64,000 bases of DNA from an uncultured bacterium. Its GTDB lineage: Bacteria; Acidobacteriota; HRBIN11; JAKEFK01. Both the position numbers and the translations under genes were made by a program. Shown here one piece after another: positions 47,762 through 57,849 of the stretch. Within the stretch, counting starts at the first letter, position 1. Every line of letters starts with the position of its first letter. The stretch covers positions 64,001-128,000 of the forward strand of contig CAVZQN010000007.1 of NCBI GenBank assembly GCA_963777505.1, written 5' to 3'. The notes beneath the pieces were generated by a model, which saw only the letters and a list, made by a program, of their open reading frames with translations, was not told the origin of the DNA and searched no databases.

Positions 47762-48827
47762 ATGGTTAAGTATTTGCTTAGCTATACTTTTTTGGTTTTC
47801 GCTTGTCAGTTTTGCCATGGCAGAGGCAACCATTCCAACAGCAGATAAGATAGGAGCCAAGGATAATCCTTCCTTAAAGAGATACGAGGGCTCCTTCATT
47901 GTTGCTTATGAACACAAATCTTTTGATGAATTTGTGTTGCCCCTTTCCAAATTGGAGCAGTTGCCGGGAGATAAAAAAGATTCTAACAACAATCGTGTAT
48001 ACGAACCCAATCAGAAAAAGGCTCTTGAAGGGAACGAACTCGAATCGTATACCTGATTCCGAACGATCGTTCTCCACTGGAGGTCGTACGAAATTACCAG
48101 GAAGAAATTGAAAGAAACGGCGGGAAAGTCTTATTTCAGTGCGAAGCACAAGACTGTGGCGCGGATGCAGGACGAAGTAGTGCCGGAGGCGGAGGAGACA
48201 TGAGCTTATCCATGTTTCTCTACCCGGCGGAGCGGATTCAAGACCCTGACTTTTCTAATGGAAGCTGCGCTCAAACGAGAAGAATTTCCGATCAACGATA
48301 TCTCGCGCAGAATTGCCGGGTGAAAGCGCCCATATTTCGGTATTTGCCTACACTTACATGACGATGACCATTGCAAAGCATTGAATGCCCGAACGATTGC
48401 AGCGGTTGATATTTTGCAAACGAAATCACGCGAGCAGAAAATGGTAACTGTGAATGCATCTGAAATGGCAAAAAAGATTGCAAGCACGGGTAGTGTTGCA
48501 CTTTACGGAATTTACTTTGACTTCAATAAAGCGGATCTGAAGCCGGAATCAAATGCAACGCTCGATCAGATTGCGCAATTGCTGAAAAATGATGCTGCAT
48601 TGAAATTACTCGTTGTGGGACACACCGATAATGTCGGTACCTTTGATTTCAATACGGGATTGTCCCAACGCCGAGCTGCATCTGTTGTTGCTGCACTCAC
48701 CGGAAAATATGGAATCGCAAAAGCGCGTTTGTCACCGATTGGTGTCTCATTTGCCGCGCCTGTCGCCTCTAATAAAACGGATGATGGGCGAGCAAAAAAT
48801 CGGCGTGTTGAACTCGTCGAAAATTAG
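47762..48827 (+). pseudogene. OmpA-family (DUF4892-like plus OmpA_C) protein with multiple frameshifts
   Basis: GAKDNPSLKRYEGSFI N-domain, SPLEVVRNY in another frame, GIYFDFNK..VGHTD..LSQRRA..KNRRVEL C-domain; several frame breaks. Confidence 0.75.
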
Positions 48828-48854
48828 GACTTTCGATGTCCTTCTGAAACAAAT

Positions 48855-49094
48855 TTGGGTGTATCAGTTTCCACTCAGGATATCGAAGACTTACTCCAAC
48901 CGATACTGACTCGAGGTCTTATGCTCAGCGAGAACAACACATACTTAAGTCTGGCGATTCGAGTCGGTTTTTATACATTTGAAGGACTTGTTGAAAGGAA
49001 ATTCAATGAGATCATCAAACAAACAATCGATACAATATCGCTTTACGGAGATGAATTAACTCCCGAAATCACAACCGTGGCAACGACCCTTTAA
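48855..49094 (+). pseudogene. C-terminal remnant of a second RiPP radical SAM paralog
   Basis: DIEDLLQPILTRGLMLSENNTYLSLAIRVGFY versus DIQVLLEPVINRGLLVQDQKSYLSLAVPLGEY of 38637-40625: 15 of 32 identical, ungapped. Confidence 0.7.
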
Positions 49095-49116
49095 TATGCA
49101 AGAAAGATATCGTTAG

Positions 49117-49797
49117 CTATTTTATCAAGTGGTTCCGAAGAGCTTTGGCAACGGCTTCGGATTTGGAATGAACCTGGAGTTTTTCATAGATATGTTTTAG
49201 ATGAAACGATATTGTGTTCACACTCACTCCAAGTTCGGCTGCTGCGGTTTTGTAATTGTGACCTTCTACCAATAATTTTAAAAGTCTGGTTTCATGTGGA
49301 GTCAATTCATAATCTGCATTTACCGGTGGTCTTATTTCACGGAAAATACTGATCACTCTTCGCGCTACTTCCGGAGACATTGGTGCGCCTCCATTCACTG
49401 CTTCCCTGAGGCTTTCCAGCAAACGGGCTGGAGGCGTTTTCTTTAGCAAATATCCGGACGCTCCAGCGCACAAGGCTTCAAAGATTCGTTCATCATCCTC
49501 ATAGACTGAAAGAACAAGCAGAAGCATGTCCGGATGGCTCTTTTTGATCAAACGCATTCCTTCAATGCCCGACATTCCAGACAGTCCAATATCTACTAAC
49601 GCCAGATCGGCATTATCCAAATTGATTCTGGATAAGGCCTGTTCCATCGAATCAAAAGTTCCGCTGCACACAAATCCTTCGGTTCCATTGATTAAAGCAG
49701 CCAATCCTTCTCGAATCTGAGGCTTATCTTCAATGATAATGACTTTAACAGGTGATTGAATTTCCTTTTTCAAATCTTTATCCGTTTTGTCAATCAA
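49117..49797 (-). CDS. NarL/LuxR family response regulator
   Basis: IIED, LVDIGL, GASGYLLK, LTPHE..VSVNTISFHLKHIYEKL. Confidence 0.93.
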   Translation of the reverse strand: MIDKTDKDLKKEIQSPVKVIIIEDKPQIREGLAALINGTEGFVCSGTFDSMEQALSRINLDNADLALVDIGLSGMSGIEGMRLIKKSHPDMLLLVLSVYEDDERIFEALCAGASGYLLKKTPPARLLESLREAVNGGAPMSPEVARRVISIFREIRPPVNADYELTPHETRLLKLLVEGHNYKTAAAELGVSVNTISFHLKHIYEKLQVHSKSEAVAKALRNHLIK

Positions 49798-49869
49798 AAT
49801 ATCACCGTCATAATTATTGTAACCAATGCATAGCTTTGTATCACCACGTAATCATGTAGTTTCGTGTAA

Positions 49870-52869
49870 TCAGTCATTCTTCCTTCCAAACGTAAATTTC
49901 GGAAACAACCTCCTCGAAAGAGGAACATGTAAAGCAATGGTAGTACCGTGACCTGAAGACGACTGAACATTTAAACTTCCGTTCATTTCGGCCGTCCTTT
50001 GACGCATATTCCTGAGGCCGTGACCATGTGTTGTTTCAAGCAAATCAAACCCTTTGCCATTGTCATGAATTTTCATTACTAAAAAATTACCCTCAATTTT
50101 CAAAGAAATTTCTGCGGATGAGCAGTTTGAATGCCGGACCATATTGTTGATTGCTTCTTTAAAAATCAAAAAGACATGACGCTTTACGTCTGGTGGAACT
50201 TTACGTTGCGACTCCGTCATGTCTGATTCAAATTGAAAGATAATTCCTCGTGCCATCAATACATCGCTTACAAAGCGCCGCATGCGTTGAATCAAATCGC
50301 CGAAACGATCTTTCGCTGGATTTACAGCCCAAACAATATCGCTCATGGAATCGACCAATTCGCGAGAAACCCCTGCAATATTTTTCCATTCTTGTACAGC
50401 TTGTAAATCCGCTTGATCAATTCTTCGCCCTGTAACTTCACTCAAGATTGCAATCTGAGACAACCCTGAACCAATATCATCATGCAGATCAGTTGCAATG
50501 CGCGTTCGTACACGTTCAAGTTCGATCACTCTTGAAACTCGATAACGATGGATCAGCCATCCTATAAAAACCACAAATAATGTGCATAACGAATAAAACC
50601 ATCCTGTTTGATAAAAGTGTGGTTGAAGATAGAGAGCGAGCGACACTCCATCTTTATTCCACACTCCGTCCTTATTGCAGGCAGTAACATGGAAGCGATA
50701 TCTTCCTGGTGGAATGTTGGTGTAATAAGCGACTCTCCGCGTGCCCGCATCAATCCAGTCATCATCGAATCCATCAAGCTGGTATTTGAACTTAACTTTT
50801 GATGGAGCCAGAAAGCTAAGCCCTGTGTATTGAAATTCCAATCTGCCTTTGCCAGGTGGGAGTTTAATTATCTGTTTTAGTTTTCCAGCTACTTCAGAAC
50901 GAGATTTGTCATCGAATACAATTTCCTCAATCATCACTAAAGGGGGCTCCTTATTGATCTTGAGATTAGCTGGATCGATCATCACAACTCCTTTGGTTGT
51001 TGGAAACCACAGTCTACCGTCTCTCGTTTTCCATCCTGCGGGTTGAGGACCACCATTGCACTCAGCACTTTTCATTCCATCGTCAACTCCATACGCAATG
51101 GAATGAATTGAACTGATTTTCCCTGCGGCAAAATTTTCAAGCTCATTGATCGATACGGAGAAGATGCCTTTGTTGCAAGACATCCATAAATTCTCTTGTC
51201 CATCTTCCAGGATTTGATATACAAGATCATTAAACAAACCATCTCTGCTGGTGAAACTTGTGAACTTTCCATCTTTGTAACGATTGAGACCTCCATTAGT
51301 CGTACCGATCCACAAATTTTCACGCAAGTCCTGGTACAGGCTGACTATAAATACATCGGAGAGGCCGTCCTTCAGTCCGAAGGTTGTGAATTTCCCATTC
51401 TTGTACAGATTCAAACCATTGCGAGTTCCGATCCAAAGTCCATCTCGTGTTTCTAAGATTGGCCGGATACGGTCATTTGACAGACCATCCTTCGTTGTAA
51501 ATGTAACAAATTTTCCATCATAGTATCTTGTAAGCCCTTCACTAGTTCCGATCCACAGGTTGTCTGCTTTATCCTGATAAAGCGACATAACATTTCCACT
51601 CACAAGGCCATCTTCCTTTTTGTAAACATGAAATTTGCCATTTCTATAATGATTCAGCCCACCTGAGTGTGTTCCAATCCACAAATCCCCGATGCGGGAT
51701 TCCCATAATGAAAAAATCCTGTTGCTGGATAGGCCGTTCTCAGTAGTGAAATGGCTGAACTTTCCAGCTTCATACTTGTTTAATCCGCCTGAGTCTGTGC
51801 CTATCCATAAACTTCCTCTGGAATCTTCATAGATTGACCAAACAATATCGTCAGAAAGACCATGTTTCGTTGTAAAAGATGTGAACTTAGAATCTTTAAG
51901 ACGATTTAATCCACCAACTTGCGTTCCGATCCATAAACTACCATCGGAATCTTCGCAAAGTGAAAGGATCAAATCACTACTTAGGCCATCTTTCTGCGTA
52001 AGTGTTGTCAGCACCCCATCCCTGAATCGTGCAAGACCGCCGCCATCAGTGCCAAGCCAGATCGTTCCGTGGCTGTCACTGATAACGCACCAAATCCGGT
52101 TATTACGAAGACCTTCTTTTTCAGTATACGTGGTGATGTTGTCATTACTAATAATACTAAGGCCTTCTTTTGTACCTAATAAAATATTGCCCTGGTTATC
52201 CTCCGCAATCGTCCTTACTGTTTGTTTGAACAGCCCTTTCGCAGTCATAAAAGGGAGAATCTTGTCATTGCGGATTAAGTTGATTCCTTCACGCGTTCCA
52301 ACCCACAATGTTTCTTTGCTGTCTTCAAACACCGAAAAAATCGAATTATGAGAAAGTCCTTCCCTGGTTGTATAAACTTTAAATTTTCCATCCTTGAAAC
52401 AAACCAATCCACCGCCATCAGTGCCGATCCATACATTTCCCTTTTTGTCTTCGTAAATGGACCAAATCTGATTCACCAACGCTTTTTCTGATGTGAAGGC
52501 TTCGAATTTTTCATCCTTGTACCGCAGGAGCCCGCCCCCCGATGTCCCGATCCATAGATTCTTTTTGCTGTCTTCGAAAAGTGCAGACATCGTTTGACTC
52601 GTAATTTCTTTGGTGTTGGATTTATCGAAAACTTTAAACCGGATACCATCAAAACGAAGCAGACCTTCTGCTGTTGCGAGCCACAGATACCCAGAAGAGG
52701 TTTGGCGAATTGCAAAGATATTATCGTGGGGCACTCCTTGCTCAGATTGCCAAACATCCAGCGTGTACTGATTGATTGCCTTTTTTGGATCCAGAGCAAA
52801 AAGATAAGTAACGTTACAGAATGTAACTATGAAGACTGCGATTCGAAGAAAATATCGCGCGCAATACAA
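49870..52869 (-). CDS. Sensor histidine kinase with double beta-propeller (Reg_prop), YYY and HisKA_3 domains
   Basis: Many EDxxGxLWIGT repeats, YTNIPPGRYRF, RIATDLHDDIGS, KEAINN, HDNGKGF, GHGL. Confidence 0.93.
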   Translation of the reverse strand: MYCARYFLRIAVFIVTFCNVTYLFALDPKKAINQYTLDVWQSEQGVPHDNIFAIRQTSSGYLWLATAEGLLRFDGIRFKVFDKSNTKEITSQTMSALFEDSKKNLWIGTSGGGLLRYKDEKFEAFTSEKALVNQIWSIYEDKKGNVWIGTDGGGLVCFKDGKFKVYTTREGLSHNSIFSVFEDSKETLWVGTREGINLIRNDKILPFMTAKGLFKQTVRTIAEDNQGNILLGTKEGLSIISNDNITTYTEKEGLRNNRIWCVISDSHGTIWLGTDGGGLARFRDGVLTTLTQKDGLSSDLILSLCEDSDGSLWIGTQVGGLNRLKDSKFTSFTTKHGLSDDIVWSIYEDSRGSLWIGTDSGGLNKYEAGKFSHFTTENGLSSNRIFSLWESRIGDLWIGTHSGGLNHYRNGKFHVYKKEDGLVSGNVMSLYQDKADNLWIGTSEGLTRYYDGKFVTFTTKDGLSNDRIRPILETRDGLWIGTRNGLNLYKNGKFTTFGLKDGLSDVFIVSLYQDLRENLWIGTTNGGLNRYKDGKFTSFTSRDGLFNDLVYQILEDGQENLWMSCNKGIFSVSINELENFAAGKISSIHSIAYGVDDGMKSAECNGGPQPAGWKTRDGRLWFPTTKGVVMIDPANLKINKEPPLVMIEEIVFDDKSRSEVAGKLKQIIKLPPGKGRLEFQYTGLSFLAPSKVKFKYQLDGFDDDWIDAGTRRVAYYTNIPPGRYRFHVTACNKDGVWNKDGVSLALYLQPHFYQTGWFYSLCTLFVVFIGWLIHRYRVSRVIELERVRTRIATDLHDDIGSGLSQIAILSEVTGRRIDQADLQAVQEWKNIAGVSRELVDSMSDIVWAVNPAKDRFGDLIQRMRRFVSDVLMARGIIFQFESDMTESQRKVPPDVKRHVFLIFKEAINNMVRHSNCSSAEISLKIEGNFLVMKIHDNGKGFDLLETTHGHGLRNMRQRTAEMNGSLNVQSSSGHGTTIALHVPLSRRLFPKFTFGRKND

Positions 52870-53062
52870 GGTGCAACCCCAAGGATTCTTAGACTCATTT
52901 ATTTTAGCGCATGTGCCCTGCGTATTTCTGTACGAGGCCCTGCGTATTTACGTAGGAAAACTTCTACAAAATAGCCTTCCTGCGTTGCAATACTACAGAA
53001 CTACGTGGCGACAAAACGATGTAATCTGCGAAAACTTTAAATGAGTGTTCGAAGGAGGATTT

Positions 53063-53578
53063 ATGGCAAAGTGCGGCTACTGTAGTTCAACCATAATTTT
53101 TGGCGGTTTGCGAACCAAGGAAACACGGACGCGTTTTTGCAACCAAAAGTGCTACAACAATGCAGTGCTTCTTGAAGTATCGGATAAGATTCCGATAGAT
53201 GTAGTTAATCAACAAGTACGAATGGTCCATCAAGGACTATGTCCGAAGTGTAAAGGATGCGGTCCGATCGATGTACATATAAAATTTCAAGTCTGGTCCG
53301 CATTGCTCGTTACCTCCTGGAGCAACCGTCCTGAGATTTCCTGCCGGGCATGTGGCAGAAAAAACCAATTGATGAGCGCCTTTGGTTCACTGTTATTTGG
53401 TTGGTGGGGATTTCCATGGGGATTCATCATGACTCCCGTACAAGTCACACGAAATGTTGTTGGCATGGTGAAAGGGCCTGATAATCTAAACCCTTCACAG
53501 ATGCTCGAAAAAATGGTGCGATTAGCAATGGCTTCGGAGTTGGTGGATCACACTGCTCTTAAACAAGCTTCGTCTTGA
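53063..53578 (+). CDS. Cys-rich (zinc-finger) membrane hypothetical protein
   Basis: AAGGAGG RBS; CGYC, FCNQKC, CPKC, CRAC; GWWGFPWG TM motif. Confidence 0.75.
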   Translation: MAKCGYCSSTIIFGGLRTKETRTRFCNQKCYNNAVLLEVSDKIPIDVVNQQVRMVHQGLCPKCKGCGPIDVHIKFQVWSALLVTSWSNRPEISCRACGRKNQLMSAFGSLLFGWWGFPWGFIMTPVQVTRNVVGMVKGPDNLNPSQMLEKMVRLAMASELVDHTALKQASS

Positions 53579-53595
53579 TTTAATTTGGGCTTCTT

Positions 53596-53622
53596 GTAGT
53601 ACCCCCGGCTCACGCCGGGGGC
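53596..53622 (+). repeat. GTAG-led palindrome (REP-like or terminator) between convergent genes
   Basis: GTAGTA-CCCCCGGC-tcac-GCCGGGGG. Confidence 0.5.
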
Positions 53623-53675
53623 TAAATTCTTTGACAAGTTGCTTTCAGTACTGTTTTAGGATGCGAGTTTTTCAA

Positions 53676-54158
53676 TTAGCGCTGTACGCCTGCAACTGTG
53701 GAGATTGCGTTTACGGCGTCTTGAGCAAGACCTACCAGCAATCGCGCGCGATTTGCAGCAGGATGTGTTTTGTGAGGGTCAGTCTCCATTGCTTTCACAA
53801 GGTCCGTTAGCGCTTCCTGCAATTTCCCCAGACGCAACAGTATTTCGCCGCGATTTGCCAAACAGTACGTGTCGTCAGGATCCAGCATGAGCGACGTTGT
53901 ATAACGTTCGATAGCTGCTTCGTAATTCCCCTTATTCTGGTAAATCGATCCCAGGAGTGCAAATGCGTAGGACATACTGCCATCCAGAGTAGTCAGGCCT
54001 TCCAAAATTCTTGCAGCATCTTCCAGCCGTCCCTGCGAGTAAAATATGTAGCCCAAGGACAGGAGTGCGACTTTCTGACGCGATGTGACATTCATCACTT
54101 CTGCCAGCGTGATCTCTCCGTTGCCAAACTTTTCGATTTTTTCACTGTTCAATTCCAT
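53676..54158 (-). CDS. SycD/LcrH-like small TPR chaperone
   Basis: 160 aa; F-NGEI..GYIFYSQGRLEDAARILEGL..NRGEI..DP..PAANRARLL, paralog of 21337-21810; GGAGG RBS. Confidence 0.7.
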   Translation of the reverse strand: MELNSEKIEKFGNGEITLAEVMNVTSRQKVALLSLGYIFYSQGRLEDAARILEGLTTLDGSMSYAFALLGSIYQNKGNYEAAIERYTTSLMLDPDDTYCLANRGEILLRLGKLQEALTDLVKAMETDPHKTHPAANRARLLVGLAQDAVNAISTVAGVQR

Positions 54159-54168
54159 AGTGCACCTC

Positions 54169-54723
54169 CTATGCCCGCACGGATCTGTTGAATTGCTGTA
54201 ACTCCTGCTGCAGTTTCAGGTTCCTCATTAACGTTTCCTCCATCTCCTTCAGCGTTCTGTACTCTGGACCAACAATTCCTTTCTCAGACTGGACCCAGAT
54301 TCCCTTTTCCTGAGCGGACTGACCTGGAAGGCCATTGATGATGATTCCTTTTTCCTGGAGTGATTTGAGCAATCCGTCCTGACCGAAAACAGTTTTAGCG
54401 AATGTTGTGAGCTCAGCCTGGTTTGCTTTTTCTAATCCCTTGAACTGACCTTGAAATATTTGTTCTGGCGAAGCAACTCCAGCGGCTTCCGAAATCTTTG
54501 TACCGATCAATGGACCTAACATACTTTGGGCGGTATCGGGTCCTCCAAGTGTCTGAAGCTCAAACTTTCCCATCTCATCCTGAGCCGATGAAGCGATCCC
54601 CATAGATATTGCTGTCTTGAGCCCCTGGGCCACCGCATCAACAGCGCTCTGACTGAGCTGCCCATAACGCTCAACGAGATAATCATGGATCATTGGCATC
54701 TTTTCTTCTAATACAGTTGACAT
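54169..54723 (-). CDS. Hypothetical protein ending RSVRA with three EKGI micro-repeats
   Basis: GGAGG RBS before ATG 54723; LQEKGIIING, AQEKGIWVQS, SEKGIVGPEY; 10 nt upstream of the chaperone gene. Confidence 0.65.
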   Translation of the reverse strand: MSTVLEEKMPMIHDYLVERYGQLSQSAVDAVAQGLKTAISMGIASSAQDEMGKFELQTLGGPDTAQSMLGPLIGTKISEAAGVASPEQIFQGQFKGLEKANQAELTTFAKTVFGQDGLLKSLQEKGIIINGLPGQSAQEKGIWVQSEKGIVGPEYRTLKEMEETLMRNLKLQQELQQFNRSVRA

Positions 54724-54778
54724 AGCAACCTCCATTTGTGACGTCAGCGATTGTGAACCTCTGACGTTCTCTTAGTAA

Positions 54779-54807
54779 TGATCGGACGATGGATCAAAGA
54801 TGTCGCC
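54779..54807 (-). promoter_or_regulatory. Putative promoter GGCGAC-N17-CGATCA
   Basis: Looser match to the motif at 29549, 20681 and 2706, upstream of the second chaperone pair. Confidence 0.35.
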
Positions 54808-54993
54808 ACGTGTTCTTATAGGAATCCTAACGATTTGCCTCTTTGAAGGTCTTTTTACTACGTGAATAGGTAGGTTAACCAAAGTGCGAAGACGTTAGCG
54901 ATATAGCCATCTATCAACTGTCACAATTAAATTTGATACGGCTCAAGATTAGTCGCGCTTTAGCATCATGTCCGTTATAATGTGCACAAATAT

Positions 54994-57792
54994 ATGAGCA
55001 TTTCAGCAAGCCTGATCGGAAAAACAATTTCTCACTATCGCATTTTGGATCTTTTGGGAGGCGGTGGTATGGGAGTCGTATATCGTGCGGAAGATACGAA
55101 ACTCCGGCGAGAAGTTGCATTAAAATTCCTTCCGCATGAATTATCCCAGGACGAGCAGGCATTGGATCGGTTTCAACGCGAGGCTCGCGCTTCATCAGCT
55201 CTGAATCATCCGAACATTTGCACGATTCATGATGTTGATTCCGGAATTCCTTCTGAAAATGGATCGAAATTATCGGATCAGCCGGTCCATTTTATTGTTA
55301 TGGAACTTCTCGAGGGACAAACACTCAAGCACCGGATCGAAGCCGGGCGATTTGAAAGCAAGGAATTATTAGACATTGCGATTCAGATAGCCGATGGTTT
55401 GGATGTTGCGCACTCACGCGGAATCATTCATCGCGATATTAAGCCGGCTAATATTTTTGTCACAAATCGAAGGCAGGCAAAGATTATGGATTTTGGACTT
55501 GCCAAGCTTGTGCAGCATGAGAAACCGAACTCCGGTGATTCCGCACTGCAGACTACGCCACATGACGGATTGACTGGTGCTGGCATGACGTTGGGAACAA
55601 TTGCATATATGTCTCCTGAACAGGCAAAAGCGATCGATCTGGATTCGCGCACAGATTTGTTTTCGTTCGGTGTCGTGCTTTACGAAATGGCAACGGGACG
55701 CCAGCCATTTTCCGGCAGCAGCAACGCTGTAATTTTTGAAGGAATTTTGAATCGTGACCCAGCCAGCCCTTTGAGTTTCAATCCTTCACTTCCATCACAG
55801 TTTGAACAGATCATTTTCAAGGCGTTGGAAAAGGATCGGGAGATCCGATGCCAGACCGCAGGCGAGATCCGCGCAGATTTAAAGCGGCTCAAGCGCGATC
55901 TGGATTCTGGAAAGTCTGCATCCATGGCTGCATTCAGTTCTTCTGCAACAAACGTTTCCGCGGCACTCTCTTCACCTGCGACGCCCCCGCCAGGCAGTTC
56001 AACTACTTCCATAACACCTGCTTCAAGCCGTCGATTCAACCCCTGGATTATTTTTACATTTCTGGCATTGGGTCTCGCGGCAGGAATTTTTTTCTGGAAG
56101 CGCGGCGCATCTACAGTAAATGTGCCTGTTGATTCGCCTCTTGAAATCGCGTTTCAGCAATTGACTGACGAAGAAGGTGTAGAAGAACGTGCGAGCATTT
56201 CACCAGACGGAAAGACGATCGCATATCAAGCGGGATATTTCGGCAAACGTGATATTTTTCTGCGCCGGGTGGGCGGTCGAAACCCCGTGAATCTCACTGA
56301 AAGCAATGATGGAGAAGACATTGAAGCAGCCTTTTCTCCGGATGGCGAACGGATTGCTTTTCGATCATCAAGAGATGGCGGAGGAATTTTTGTAATGGGC
56401 GCAACCGGTGAATCGGTTCGACGACTCACTGATTTCGGATACAGTCCTGCCTGGTCGCCGGATGGAAAGCAGATTGTGTGCGCTACGGAAGGCGTGATCG
56501 ATATCATGGCCAGATCTACTACGAGCCAACTCTGGATCATTGATGTTGAAACCGGCGCGAAGAAAATGCTTTACAAGGGAGATGCTGTACATCCACATTG
56601 GTCGCCGCACGGATCACGAATTGCATTCTGGGGATTGTCAGGGGAAGGCGGACAGCGCGATATCTCATCGGTTTCAGTAAAGGGTGGGGATGCAATCAAG
56701 CTCACAACAAGTCCTGCTGTGGATTGGAGTCCGACCTGGTCTCCAGATGGTAAGTTTGTTTATTTTTCTAGTAGTCGCGGTGGAAGCTTGAACCTCTGGC
56801 GAGTTCCGGTTGATGAAACATCGGGAAAAGCGATGGCAGATCCAACGCCGGTCACAAGTCCTTCTCTTTGGAGCGGATATCTCGCCATTTCTCAAGATGG
56901 AAAATATTTGACCTATACATCTTTGGAGCGTAGATCGAATATTCAGAAACTCGCATTTGATCCGAAAACTGAAGCTATTTCTGGATCGCTTATTCCAGTG
57001 ACGCAAGGCTCAAAGGTGTACGATTTTCCAGAAGTTTCGCCGGATGGACAATGGGTTACGTTTCGATCCGTCGGAAATCAGGAAGATATTTATGTGATCA
57101 GATCCGACGGAAAAGAGCTTCGGAAATTAACCGATGATACATTTCGCGATCGAGGACCGAACTGGTCTTCCGATGGAAAACGGATCGTCTTTTATTCCGA
57201 TCGTACAGGCCGGTACGAGTTCTGGTCTATCAATGCAGATGGGAGCGGATTACAGCAACTGACCAAACTCGCTGGACGTAGTCTCTGGTTTCCCAGGTAT
57301 TCCCCCGACGGCTCGCACCTCCTTGGTTTCAATGAGGCAGATACTGTTGTTTTTGATGTGAGTAAGGCGTCACCATGGACGAACGAAACTACTCTGCCTC
57401 GTCCCGGAGAAAAAGTAGCCTTTCAAGCGAGTTCATGGTCACCTGATGGAAAACAACTCGCAGGAACTGGGGTTCTAATCTCAGATATGTCCGCTACTCC
57501 AGGCATCATGATTTATTCACTGGAATCAAAGCAGTATTCAATTCTCCAAAATGTTATTCCTCAAATGCGTCTAAGTGTAGTGAGGGATGTCATCTTGTGG
57601 TTGAATGACAACCGGCGTTTGCTCTCAATCAATGCTGGAAGAATCTATGTCATCGATGTTCAGGCCAAAAAAGCCCGCCTTATTTATGACACGCCTGGTT
57701 TGTATTGGCTTAGCGTGTCTAAAGACAACCGATGGATTTATCTAAGCCAACAAGCCGATGAAGGTGACGTCTGGCTGGCCACACTGAAGTGA
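54994..57792 (+). CDS. Membrane Ser/Thr kinase with PD40/TolB-like beta-propeller ectodomain
   Basis: [29 protein letters not shown]; TM helix; repeated WSPDGK. Confidence 0.93.
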   Translation: MSISASLIGKTISHYRILDLLGGGGMGVVYRAEDTKLRREVALKFLPHELSQDEQALDRFQREARASSALNHPNICTIHDVDSGIPSENGSKLSDQPVHFIVMELLEGQTLKHRIEAGRFESKELLDIAIQIADGLDVAHSRGIIHRDIKPANIFVTNRRQAKIMDFGLAKLVQHEKPNSGDSALQTTPHDGLTGAGMTLGTIAYMSPEQAKAIDLDSRTDLFSFGVVLYEMATGRQPFSGSSNAVIFEGILNRDPASPLSFNPSLPSQFEQIIFKALEKDREIRCQTAGEIRADLKRLKRDLDSGKSASMAAFSSSATNVSAALSSPATPPPGSSTTSITPASSRRFNPWIIFTFLALGLAAGIFFWKRGASTVNVPVDSPLEIAFQQLTDEEGVEERASISPDGKTIAYQAGYFGKRDIFLRRVGGRNPVNLTESNDGEDIEAAFSPDGERIAFRSSRDGGGIFVMGATGESVRRLTDFGYSPAWSPDGKQIVCATEGVIDIMARSTTSQLWIIDVETGAKKMLYKGDAVHPHWSPHGSRIAFWGLSGEGGQRDISSVSVKGGDAIKLTTSPAVDWSPTWSPDGKFVYFSSSRGGSLNLWRVPVDETSGKAMADPTPVTSPSLWSGYLAISQDGKYLTYTSLERRSNIQKLAFDPKTEAISGSLIPVTQGSKVYDFPEVSPDGQWVTFRSVGNQEDIYVIRSDGKELRKLTDDTFRDRGPNWSSDGKRIVFYSDRTGRYEFWSINADGSGLQQLTKLAGRSLWFPRYSPDGSHLLGFNEADTVVFDVSKASPWTNETTLPRPGEKVAFQASSWSPDGKQLAGTGVLISDMSATPGIMIYSLESKQYSILQNVIPQMRLSVVRDVILWLNDNRRLLSINAGRIYVIDVQAKKARLIYDTPGLYWLSVSKDNRWIYLSQQADEGDVWLATLK

Positions 57793-57849
57793 GGCTGGAT
57801 TTAGCAACGCTAATCAAAATTGCGAATTTTGCTATGAAAGTGTATTTGA

